From assembly GCA_016748015.1 (NCBI GenBank), contig JAAOMT010000094.1, forward strand, positions 252,520 through 316,519: 64,000 nt of DNA, in the 5' to 3' direction. Position 1 is the stretch's first letter, and the number at the start of each line of letters is the position of its first letter. A program made the translations under genes and the position numbers. This stretch comes from Geosiphon pyriformis uo1 (Eukaryota; Fungi; Glomeromycota). The notes beneath the pieces are model-generated. The model was not told the DNA's origin and did no database searches. It worked only from the letters and a program-made list of their open reading frames with translations. Below, in pieces: positions 36,950-48,610 of this stretch.

Positions 36950-36955
36950 CTTTTA

Positions 36956-37682
36956 TGTTACAAGTTAGAGTAATAAGCTAACAGATAGCAAGGGAGAACA
37001 AGATTGTAGGGTGATGGAAATAATCAAAGGGAAATTCAACTTTAAAGAGTGAATTAAATGAGTATGGATTCAATATGCAAGATCAGTCTCATAAAATATC
37101 TCAGTCGCTATTCTTTTTAAAAGTAACTGGGGAATCTGAAGGTAGAGGGATAGTCCATACTGTCAACAATTAATTACCACTGATATAATTCTATGTCTTA
37201 TGTTGGTGCTCTTAGAATTTAATATCAGGTATCAACTTGTGCTTTTTAGTCATGTTTATTCAAATAATCTTCAAATGCTACAATTATATATGTCAGGAAA
37301 AGGCCAACAAGTAATCTTTTATCCTAAGATGTTTGGATACTTAAAGGTAAGAAAAGAGAAATTAGTGATAAGAGAGTGATTAAGATGAAAGTTGTTATTT
37401 TTATTTATTTGATTCTTGTTTGAGAGATGATTTTCTACAGCTAAGAGACTCATTGCTTATATAGTTATTGAAAGTGGTCAATGACCAGGTCAACGACTAG
37501 GTCAATAATCAGGTCAATGATCAAGTCAACAATCAGGTCATTGATTAGATTAATGATCAGGTCAACGGTTAGGTCATTGATCAGGTCAATGATCACTATC
37601 TAAAAATAGAATGGCTAATTATATGACATCAGTGACTAATACATGTGATAACTAATAAAAATTATGAGTTTCAATCATAACA
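36956..37682 (-). repeat. 5' LTR of element C
   Basis: 24 bp longer than the 3' LTR, equal to two extra 12-bp units. Confidence 0.95.
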
Positions 37683-38638
37683 CTATAGATCTATAGACTG
37701 TTAGTTGGATATTTTAACAACTTCTCAGTTTTTTGATTACACTATTAATCAATTTTATAAACTGTTTCTGGCTAATATAATCAATATATTGGTATTATAT
37801 AGTTTGTCTTTGGTTAATAATATATTTAATGTTTTTTAGACTGGTTGTAATGTTGTTATTACAGATGTTTAGAGTATAGAATACTATTTAAACATAGTAA
37901 ATCTACTAAGAAAGTTTGATATTGTTTTTGCAGATTAACTTCTGGACTGTCACAGCATATGTTTTATATAGAATACATTTTACAAATAGATAAAATTGGA
38001 TCCTAGAGGTCCTGTTTTTGGTTGGTTTAATTTATTAATTTCATTTATTAAGAATAATTATTTGGCTAGTAATGATGCTTTGGCTCAACATCTTATTCTT
38101 AGTAGTTGTTTGTACAATTTTGGCTTTGTTAATAAGTATCTTATAAAAAATGAGTTTAATACTGTAATTGTTTACACAAATAGATCAGTCAAGGATTTGA
38201 AATCTGTAAATGCTTGTGGTAGTGCTGCTGTTTACTTTTTGGATGTTAATTTGAGTATTAGAGTTTAGATTTATGGCTTGCTTTCTTCAATTCTAGTGAA
38301 ACTATAGGCATTGTTTTTGCTTTGAATTATATTTTTGTGTTTAGCTTGGTGGTGCTGTTTATGGATAATTAGGCATTATTAGATATATATGCTTTAATAA
38401 ATAAGTTTGTTAGTTCCAATTTTTACAATAAGTGCTGAGTTGAAAAGAAACATTATTACAAGTAATTATTTAGGATCTCAAATCAAATAACAAACCTGTA
38501 ACTTGGTATTCAATAGTTGAACTGATTGGTAATATCTGAAGGTATTTTGATCTGAAGATTTTGATTGGAGTTTTTTGTATAATAGACAGAGATTCTCATG
38601 TTATTTTTATCCATAGCTTCTTAGAATTGCATTTCTGT

Positions 38639-39607
38639 TGTTACTGGAGGTTTTTGGTCTCTTTTTTTGAATGTTATTAATGTTTGTTTTGCTGTGAATT
38701 CACGTTCTCAGGAAGTAATTGAACCTTCAATAACTGAATTTATCTTCAAATTATCTCCTATAATTTGAACTGCTGGGCTTATAAGTGGAATAGTCAATTC
38801 CATACCAGTTACTTTATGTAGTTATGTTGTAATAAACATCAACTCTTTTCCAGGAATTGCTTGTCTTGAAGTTCACTAAAATGTGTAGTTACTTTGCTAT
38901 GAAAGTCAACTCTTCTACAGGAATCTTGTCTGTAGTCTACCCTAATAATTGTAATAAAAAAAAAAATAAAAATAAAAAAAATGTAAAAGAAATAGAATTT
39001 TGTCAAGGGAAACGTTTTCTATTCAGGCCTGGAATCACTAACAGTTTATTGAAATTGGTAGCTAATCAATTTCAAAACATTAGTTGTGTTAAGAGAATTT
39101 CAAGTGTAATAATTTAAGGATTTGGTTTTCAAATATTTGATTTTTATTTGATTTTGTAAAAGGTAATTTGTTTTAATTAAGATATTTAAAGTAAGATGCT
39201 ATAATAAGATATGGAAAGGATATATTTTCTTGAAAAGAGAAGCTTTTTTTTTATACAACTTGTTGTAATACTAGTCTTTGAACTTGCACTTTTCTCTTTG
39301 CTCTAATTTTGGTGAACTAAAAATACATTTTGATAAATTACAAGTTATTTCTATGAATTATTGATTATTTCGGCCAATTTTCCATTAATTTCGACGAATT
39401 TTGACTATATTAAATAGTTCAGGGTATTGTGTAATTTGATCATCTTAATTTCTATAGTACAAATCGAGTTATTAATTAAATAATGATATTTGATAATTTG
39501 GCTAATTAATAAGTGATAATCGAAATGATAATAATATATGCTACTTAATAATAATAATTATAAAGATAATTTCATGCTAATTAATAGCTAAAATTCTACT
39601 AGTAACA
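38639..39607 (-). repeat. 3' LTR of element B
   Basis: Matches the split 5' LTR of B and 62265-63235. Confidence 0.93.
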
Positions 39608-40295
39608 TAATTTCCTCCTCAATACTGAGTTCTGTCAAAGTCCAAGCACTATTTGTAATATCAAGATAGTGGTCCAAAATAATTGAAGTGATTTGGTCTG
39701 AAAATTGTTGAAATTTCAGTTTTGTAAGCTTTTCAATGTGTTGAATCTTCATTGGATGAAGTATTGGATTTTGTAAGACATTTTTACAAGTGTTGAATAA
39801 ATCATAGAGTCTAAATGCTGCTCTAAGTTTGTAGTAAGTGTTTGTTGGTCCAGCTGCTATCTTAAATTCTTTGTGAATTTGTTTTTGTATGACTTTAGGA
39901 ATGATATGTGTTGTTTTAAGTTCCAGTTTTTATTCATAAAATGTTCTTTCAATATAAAAGTATCTATATATAAATGTATATTTATTGTTCTGTTCATTAA
40001 GGAATAGTAGAAGTTTTTGTTAAATTGTGGCATTTGGTGGAATGTTGATAGGAGCAGATAAAAAGTTTTCTTTTAGTGCTTGCTTTAATAGTTCTGATAA
40101 CTGACTTCCAGAGTAATTTTTTGGTTTTTTTCTATAGGAGTAATAATTCTGAGAATTTTTTACTACTGGGGCTGTGGTTTTTTTCTGACTGTAATTAATT
40201 TGACTTCTATTAATTGTTATGAATAAGTCAAGAAGTGTTTTTAAGGCTAACATTAATTTTTGAGATATTTGTTGAATATTTCAGAGAATAATCAT
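39588..40295 (-). pseudogene. Accessory ORF3 of element B
   Basis: ATG at 40295. Reads ...YRYFYIERTFYE...YKLRAAFRLYDLFNTCKNVLQN..IEKLTKLKFQQF and runs through the PPT into the LTR. Three stops, each repairable by T>C. Confidence 0.8.
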
Positions 40296-40469
40296 GATAA
40301 AAATAACTAACTAATAAAAAGAATAAAGAAAATTATTTTTGAGTATTGGGTTTTTATTTGTTTTTGGGTTTGGTTGTTTCTTGTAATTATTTACTATTTT
40401 TTTGTTTTTGTATATTTAAAATGATTATTGTAAAATATGTTAAATTAAGTGTTCAAGTTTGGTTGTTGT

Positions 40470-43400
40470 TCTATTATAATTATTGGTTTTAAATTTTGGG
40501 GAATATTTTCAGAATTAACTAAAGGGGAATGTATACCAATTTGTGGAATTAATGATTCAGGATTGTTTCTGAAATAATAATGTTTCAATCAATTTCTATG
40601 TACAACTTTTGCTAGTACTTTGTCATCAAGTCTTAATTTGTATGATCTATTGCCTAGAATTTCGTGAATATAAAATGGTCCATCCTATTTGTTTTAAAAT
40701 TTTTTACTCCATTGTTTTTCAGTCTTAGTTCTGTGTAAGAGAACTTTATTTCTAACTTTAAATTTGTTGACAGTTGATGGTAATTTGTTGTTATGTCTTT
40801 CTTTTTGCTAAGCTTAGGAGTGTTCAATATAAGTTGCTGCTATACATTTTTTTTCTTTCAGAGTACTAAAAAGAGTGTAGGCCTTTCTTTTGAGTGTTTC
40901 TTGAAAGTTTTATTTATTAATTAGTTGTACTGGATATGTTTTCACTGTGAAATTAATTGGTAATATTGCTGTCCTTCCATAAGTCAGATCAGATGGTATG
41001 TGTTTTGTAGTATCTTGTTTTAGTATTCTGTATACTAGTAACACTGATGGAATAAAGATATTTTATTCTTGCTCAAAATCAATTGAGACTTTGGCTAATA
41101 ATTTACACAATGTTCTGTTGAAACATTTTACAAATCTATTTGTTTGAAAGTAATAAGATAATGATAGAAGTCTTTTGACATTAAACCATTCACAAATTTC
41201 TTGTATCAGGTTGTTTACAAAATGTGTTCCTTGATCAGATAAAAGTTCAATTGGGCATCCATGTCTGCAAATAATGTCTTCATAGATGAAATTTGCTACT
41301 GATTTTGCATCTGCTCTTTGAATGGCTCTAACTTTAGACTATTTGGTGAGATAATATACTGCAACTGCAATATAACAATTTCTTTGGATTGTAATAGGTA
41401 ATGGCCTGACTAAATTAATTCCAACTTTGTCAAAAGGTTGTCCAACTTTGATTGGGTTTAAAGGTTCTGTGGGACAAATTTCTCTTCTTTTTTGACAACT
41501 ATCACAGGATTCTACATATTGTCAAATGTTTTTTTGCATGTGAAGCCAAAAGTAATGTTCAAGAGTTCTTTAAATTGTTCTATCTCTTTCCAGATGTGCT
41601 GAAGATGGGTTTGTATGCATGTTATATAGAATTGTTTTTTTTCATGCTCTTGTATTAATCTGAGTAATTGGTTTGGGTTTTTGCGATTTTTATAATAAAT
41701 TTTGTTGTGGTGTATAAAATATTGTTTTGATTGGTGTTGTAAACAATGTTTTTTACTTGGAGACCAATTTTTTGACATGATAAGAGTTTCCAAATAATTT
41801 TTGATGTTATTGTAATTTCTGAAACCCATTGTTGTTTGGTTTTGTTGGTAGGTTGATATGTTGTGGTGGTGTTGCTGCTGGTATTAATCTTGTTTCATCC
41901 TTGAAAGACTATCAATATTAGTGTGTAGTTTTCTTGGTTTGTAATGTACAATATACTTGTAGTCTGCTAAGAAATCATTCTATTGAGACTGTTTAGCACT
42001 TTGTTCTGTTTTTTTTTATTGAGCCATTTGAGGCCAATATTGTTAGTTATAATATCAAATTTTTTTCCATTCTTTAAGTATTGTTAAAAATGTTTAAGAG
42101 CCCAAATAACTGCAGCAGCTTCCAATTCAGTTGATTCATATTTGAGTTTTGTTGGTTTGAGTATTCTACTGGTATAAACAATGACTTATTCCTGGTTATT
42201 TTCATCCAATTGTAATAGAATAGCACCAAATACTATGTGTAAAGCATCAGTGGTTAGTTGGAACTTTTTGTTGAAGTTTGGGTAAGCAAAAACTGGGGCT
42301 GTTGTCAATTTTGTTTTGAGAGTTTCAAAAGCTTTTTGTTGTTTTTCAGTCCATTGATATGGTACATTTTTGTTGATAAGATAATTGAGTGGTTTAGCAA
42401 TTTCTGAAAATTTTTTGATGAATTTTCAATAGTAGAAGGCTAATCCTACAAATCCTTATAGCTCTGTGGTATTTTTAAGAGTTTGAAAGTTTTTAACAGT
42501 ATTGATTGTTCCAGAGTTTGGTTTGACTCCATCTTTGCTAACAATGTGTCCAAAAAAGATTAAGCTTGTTTTTTCAAAGTGACACTTTTTAATGTTTAAT
42601 TTTAATCCTGCTTTTCATAATCATTGAAAAACTTCTCGCAGATAAATAAGATAAGCTTCAAAGCTTGGTGAGTATACATCAGTGCCATCAAGATAGACAA
42701 CTACTGATTGCCATAAAAGGCCTTTATATACAACATCCATAAGTCACTGAAATGTCGTTGGTGCATTGCAGAGTTTAAAAGGCATAATATTGAATTCATA
42801 GTTCTCTCCTTGGGTGGTAAATGCTGTTTTAGGTCTATCTTTTGGATCCATTTCGACTTGTTAGTATCCACTTTTCAAGTCTAAAGTTGAAAAAAACTTG
42901 GCTTTTCCTAGGGCATCTAACATGTCATCAATTCTTGAAAGAGGGTAGACATCTCCAATTGTAACACTATTCAATTGTTTATAATCAACACAGAATCTGA
43001 TTTTTTCGTTTTTCTTTTTAACTAAAACTACTGATGAGGCCCATGGACTTCTTAATGGTTGAATCAATCTGTTATTGAGCATTCTTTGGACCTCTTCTTT
43101 AATAAATTGGTGGCTGGCAGGTGGTACTCAATAAGCTTATTGTCATTTTGGTAGAGCATCTCCTGTATGGATCTGGTGTTGGACAATATCAGTTTTTCTA
43201 AGATCATTGTTGTCTTTTGCAAATATATCAGCAAATTCAGCTATCAATTATTTCAATTGTCTTTGTTGTTAGAGTTTTAAGAGGACCATATTGATTTTAG
43301 AGAGTTTTTTTTCTAGAACATGATAGTTTTTAGTAGTCAAAATAATATTTGGATTTGGTAATAGGATATGTCTCACAATTTCGATGAAATTAGAAACAAT

Positions 43401-46400
43401 TTGAGAGGTTTTATCTTGAAAAATGTTGCTATGTATGATCCCAATTTCTAATTTATTTAATAAAACAATGGAATAGTTGTTGGGATTGTAGAAAGTAACT
43501 CGAAATTTCTTTATTTCTTTTGGGATATAGATATTTGGAATTGAGATTTCATGTTTTAAACAGATTTGTTCATTGAATTCAAAGATTTGTTGAGTAGTAG
43601 TAGGTTTTAAGCAAGTGTAGATTTTGTGATGTTCTCTAAAAGGTGAAATGGTAATTGGTTGTGGAAGTTGAAAAATCTGGTAAGATTTACTTTGTGTATT
43701 AAGAGCCATATTTACTGGAACTGTGAATTGTTCAGTTGAACCAAAATCTTGAGTTTCTTTTTCACTTTTTCTTAGTTGTTCTCTGTTGTTAACTGATTGT
43801 AAACTTGAAATGTTGATTAAGAGTAAGTAAATTGCTTGAGCAATTTTCTCTGCATGCTCAATTTTAAATGGTTTTTCAGTTTCATTCTGTAGCATAATAG
43901 TAATGTTTTCAGTGTATTCTGCATCTATGACTTCTCTTCTAATATTGATTCCTTTGCTTGCCAATGATGATCTGAATGCAATTTGAACTATTGCTCTAGG
44001 TGGAATTTCAAGAGTGATTTTGAGATTGATTTTTGTCAAAAACTTTAATTGAAGAACCAAAGTATCTTTTTCTAGATATTTTAAATCATATCCAGTATTA
44101 ATTTTGTGTGCTTTTTCTGGTCTGATTCTTTGGCCATGGTTGTCAAAATATTTAAGTTATAGGGGTGGTTGATTTTTAAGAAGATAGATATGAATAGTTG
44201 ATAGTTCTTTTACCCATTCAGATACTCCAAATTCGATTTCATTTTTATCATTTTCATCTGGCAGGGGAATGCTAAGAGCATAGTATTCTAAACACCATTG
44301 GTCATCACAAGGCATAACACATTCTTTACATAATTAAATATTCATTTGCTCTAATCATTGAATTTAAGCTTCTTTGGTTGAGTACATATAACTTGTAATT
44401 TGGTGGTAGGTTTCTACTTTATCTTCATAATCAAATTCAGCTAACTCTATAGTATACTCAATGTATTCAGCTTCTTTTATTTGGTGGACATCTTCTTGAG
44501 TAGCTCTATTGATTAATGCCATTGTTAAGTTAAAAATCATTTTAGCATCATGAGGATAATAGTACAGTTTATTAAGAGCACTATTATATGCTGCATTGAA
44601 TGAGGTTCTTCTTCTCACTTTTTCTGAAATTGATAAGACATATTGAGAGATTTGATCACATACTCCTCTTTTTATTGCAACATCAATCCAGTTGTATTCT
44701 TTTGGTAGCATATCTCCAAATGTAAGACAAGATGTGTTGTCCTATTTTCCATTTTTTTTTGGGGATTCAAATCGTTCTCTATGGCATGCTTTGCAGAAGT
44801 AACAGGTATGAGTTTCATATTTTTTTTTTGGGGAAATACAGGCTTCTATAGATGAAAGCTTCTTCTTGTAGTTTTTGCATTTTAGTGGAATATATAGTGG
44901 TTTTTTTATGGTTCTGGTGTAAAATATCTAACTTTCTTCCATTTTTTTGATTTTTTAAAAATCTCTTGTTTTGTTTCCTCAGCCTAATTAGATGTTGATC
45001 CAAGAGCCATGTAGGTTTCAGTAAATGGCATTTCTTTCTTCTCCTCAAAATCGAATACTAGGGCTTTTTCTGAACATTTGTTAAAAGTACCACAAGTAAT
45101 AGGTACTATGGTGTATTGTTCTTAGTATTGGGATGCATTCATGATTAGAACTTTGACTGGAATAATGATTTTATCAATGGTAAATAAGAAGTTGTCAATT
45201 TTTCTTATTGGAGTTTTTTTTATGCCATTAGCTGTAACAATTACAGTTTGGACTGGTCTGTCAACAGTTCTTTGAAGCTGTTGCATTAATTGGTAGATAA
45301 TAATACTTCTAGCTAATCTACTGTCTAGAATTAATTGGATGGGTTTTCTTTTTACTATAGCTTTAGTGCATATAGCAGTGATAGCTTTTTGTTCATTTAC
45401 TGTTGTATTACTAAGCAAGAATAGTGATTCATTTGTCTCAAATTCGAATAAAAATATATCTGATAGATTGGCATTTTGGGCAATTTGAGCTGGTAGAATT
45501 GTATTGTTGGAAGAGTTTGATCTTAGTGCTGTAGCTTTACCTTCAGAAAGTGCAGTTTGTTGAAAATCTGATTCTTCTTGCATTGTTAAATAATTGGGTT
45601 GAGTGTAAAACTGAGTGAGTTTTTGTTAAACAGAATTTCGGAAAACTAGTTAATTATTGGAATTAGATCTGTTGTTGTTTGTTAAAAAACGATTTTATGA
45701 TGTAAATTGGTTTTGTTGAACCAATCTTCTGGTTGGTACTTAATATTGTTGAGTAAATTGTATCTGATATTGCTGAATTGGTAAAGATTGCTGATATTGT
45801 TGCTGAATTGGTTGTGAAGCTAATTGATAGTAACTGTTTTGATTTTGTGGTCTTGGTGGGTAATAAGTTGGTAATAGGGATTGGTAGTAAGATTGTTGTA
45901 ATGAAAAGTAACATTGATTACTCCTGTTTTGTTGGTCTCTTTGCAATTTCCTGCAATCTCATTTCCAGTGTCCTGAGATTTCACAATAATAACAATTTTG
46001 AGGTTAGTTGTTAGATGGTAATCCAAAGTTGTTTTAGTTGCATCATTGTGGTGATTGATATTTTTGTGGTTGTTGCTGCTGTTGTTGTTGGTTTGTAAAA
46101 TAGTTTTCAATCTTCTTTGTGAGTTGGTCTATCTTTTTTTCAGCTGTTAAGCTGGTTTTTCTAATAGCAAGATTTACAAATTTTGTGTGGTTGGCTTCTT
46201 CTATAGCCATTTCATAATTCTTTGCATGTTGAATAGCAGTGACCAAATCTTTAGGTGAATGGGAATGCACTTTTTTTATGAGTTTGTTTTTTAATCCAGC
46301 AATAAATTGATCCAAAATTTGGGCATCAGAATAGTAGTCATTGGTTTCCAATTGGTGAATTCTTCTGAGAAGTTTGTTGAACTTCTTTAGGTAGGTCATA

Positions 46401-47430
46401 ATTGATTCACTTGGTTTTTGTTTAATATTGTGAAAGCAATTTTGGAGAGTAATAGATATGTTATTGTCAGTGAATTGTTATAAGAAAGCATCTTTAAATG
46501 CTTGCCAATTTTCAAAGAGTGTATTCAAGTTTTTAAACCATTCTTCTGCTGTTCCTTGGAGAAAGTATAAAATTGCTTTGAGTATTTTTGCTGTATTCCA
46601 TCCATTTGCATCTCCTGCTTTCTGGACTTTGTTAAGTCATTCTTGTGGACTAATATCATTATTTTCACCAGTAAATTCTGGAATCTTTGCAATATAAGCA
46701 GTTGTTATTTCTTCTTTGTTTTTAATAGTTTCTTCTTGTTTTGATTCAGTTTCTTCACTTTCTAAGCTTTCTGAATAATTATTTTCATTTTTCTGTAAGT
46801 AATCAAGAAGATTGGTGCTAGTTGATATTGGTTCTTGCTGTTGAGTAGAACTTTTTGGTGAAGTGAAATCTTCTGGTCTTGAAAATTGAATAAGAGGTGA
46901 ATTTGGTGTCTGTGATTAAGCAAGTGAAATTGGAAATGGAGTGACTGAAAGTGGAAGTTTGGTGCTGGTTCCTGGTTCTGAAGTTTGCAAGTATTTGGCA
47001 GTTATCTTTGGTGTCTTTGGAGTGTTTGGAGTGGTACTTAAGTGTTGCTTCAGTTTTTGTTTATTTTTGTTATTTGTTTCTGTTTCTAATTCAAAGTCAA
47101 TAGAATATTTAGACTGTACTGGGTAATTTTTTTTACAATACTGGATAATGTTAAAATTAAGTTCTTTGAAGTAGGTGGCAAGTGTTTTACTGTCAAGATT
47201 TTCAGTTTTTAATCATGAATAGTGCACTAAATTATTGTAGAAGTGGCTTCTAACTTCTGAAATGTTGTAATTTCCAAGAAGATAATTGCTGATGCAGTTT
47301 TCAATATACAGATAAAGTGTTCTTTTAACAATTTTAATTCCGTTTGGGATGTTGAATCTCTGCTTGCAATGGGTATAAATTGACTAATAATACTTTAGAG
47401 TTATTGTGTCTGGTGTGATTATCACTTTAA
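40470..47430 (-). pseudogene. gag-pol: Degenerate gag-pol of element B: Gag, protease (~45120-45370), Cys-rich insert (~44250-44890), dUTPase (~43720-44160), RT, RNase H, integrase
   Basis: Motifs AYIAKIPEFTGE; LILDS; IAFRSSLASKGINIRREVIDAEYTENI..KIAQAI..FGST; SPWASSVVLVKKK..RFCVDY..LDLKSGY. Confidence 0.9.
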
Positions 47431-47470
47431 AGTTGTTTTTGTTGTGTTGTTTCTGTAGAAGAGCACCAAA

Positions 47471-47685
47471 TGTTACTGGAGGTTTTTGGTCTCTTTTTTT
47501 AAATGTTGTTAATGTTTGTTTTACTGTAAATTCACGTTCTCAGGAAGTAGTTGAACCTCCAATAACTGAATTTATCTTCAAATTATCTTCTATAATTTGA
47601 ACTGCTGGACTTATAAGTGAAATAGCCAATTCTGTGCCAGTTACTTTATGTAATTATATTATAGTAAATGTCAACTCTTTCTCAG
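47471..47685 (-). repeat. 5' LTR of element B, U5 part (the rest is at 57964-58697)
   Basis: Homologous to 38639-38853. Confidence 0.9.
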
Positions 47686-48548
47686 TGTTACTCATAGAAT
47701 ATAGGAAATATAGTATTATTAGTCAGTAGATATTAGCCAATCAGATGTAGATGTAATAAATGTGAAATTCTAAGATTTCTTTCAAAGGAATTGCAAGATT
47801 CCAAGAATTTCAAGATTCCCTGATGAGAAATCGCAGAATTCCAGAATTCCAGGATTCTTCTCATCAGAAATTGCAGGATTCCAGAAATTCCAGAATTCCT
47901 GGTGCAAGGAATAGAGAAATTGAGGAATCTCAATTATGTATATATAGCAGTAGGATTAAAAGCTAAAAAAACAAACTTCTCAGTTTAGATTTAATCTAAA
48001 CAACTCTCTAAATCACAATTATCTAATAAATAACTATTTGTTATCTCAAAAACTACGTCTACTATCAACTATTCATGTTGATAGTAATTGATACTTAACC
48101 ACATGGGAACAATAGCTCTTAATCATGGCTATTAATGGGATACTAAATTTGCAAATTGTTTTGGCTTATTGCTTTATATTTTGTTATTTTCTTTATTTTC
48201 TTTGATTTTGTTATTGTACACTAACCAATTGATTAAAAGTGCTGATTACTGATGTCAAAGATTGCCTGGTAAAAGACTCCTGCAAGTGGGTAGGACACAT
48301 ACAGAAGATATGGATTACTTACTAGAGGATTGCCAGCCACCAAGCCAAGAAAAGAATTGACAGACTTGTGAATCTGGGAAGCTACAGATAAAACAACTAT
48401 TGAATCTCTGTCCATTATACAAAGGACTCATTTGGAAAACCTTTAGATACCAATCACTTAAAAATATTATCAACAACACAAGTAGCTTTTGAGCACCAAG
48501 TTATGAATTTGTTATTTGACCTGAGACCCCAAATAATCAACTGTAACA
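47686..48548 (+). repeat. 5' LTR of element D
   Basis: TGTTA..TAACA ends; U3 array of GAAATTCCAG(GATTCC) units at ~47763-47930. Confidence 0.95.
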
Positions 48549-48550
48549 TT

Positions 48551-48567
48551 TGGTGCTCCCTGTGAGG
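48551..48567 (+). promoter_or_regulatory. Primer-binding site of element D
   Basis: TGGTGCTCCCTGTGAGG, identical to the PBS of C. Confidence 0.92.
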
Positions 48568-48610
48568 TATAATCCTACAGAGAACCAGCACCAACAAACA
48601 CTATTCAAAA

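Larger units (their letters stand above)
29915..37682 (-). mobile_element. Element C: full-length Ty3/Gypsy LTR retrotransposon (no dUTPase) with ORF3; TSD CTAT
   Basis: LTRs 29915-30617 and 36956-37682; TSD CTAT at 29911-29914 and 37683-37686; PBS 36933-36949; PPT 30618-30631. Confidence 0.96.
25080..38453 (+). mobile_element. Degenerate LINE 2 (ORF1 ~25200-27000; ORF2 endonuclease-RT-RNase H) in two pieces (~25080-29914, 37683-38453), split by element C and cut by element F
   Basis: ORF1 zinc knuckle 'VQCKRCKYFGYLVLKC'. ORF2 start 'NNLVWKITMCNIRSINVPAK' at ~27010. RT 'RPIILIK..KILSKIF' at ~28750. RNase H 'IVYTNRSVKDL..ACGSAAVYF' at ~38165. The 5' boundary is approximate. Confidence 0.85.

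Noticed and set aside
36931-36950. tRNA gene (sequence ending GGGAGCACCA)
   Set aside because: Only the 3' ~17 nt are present, next to an LTR; it is a PBS with no cloverleaf.
48240-48565. A definite protein-coding exon in U5 fused to Gag
   Set aside because: Several frames look equally open and stops are shared by both LTR copies, so no frame can be supported. Kept only as an alternative in the GUG finding.
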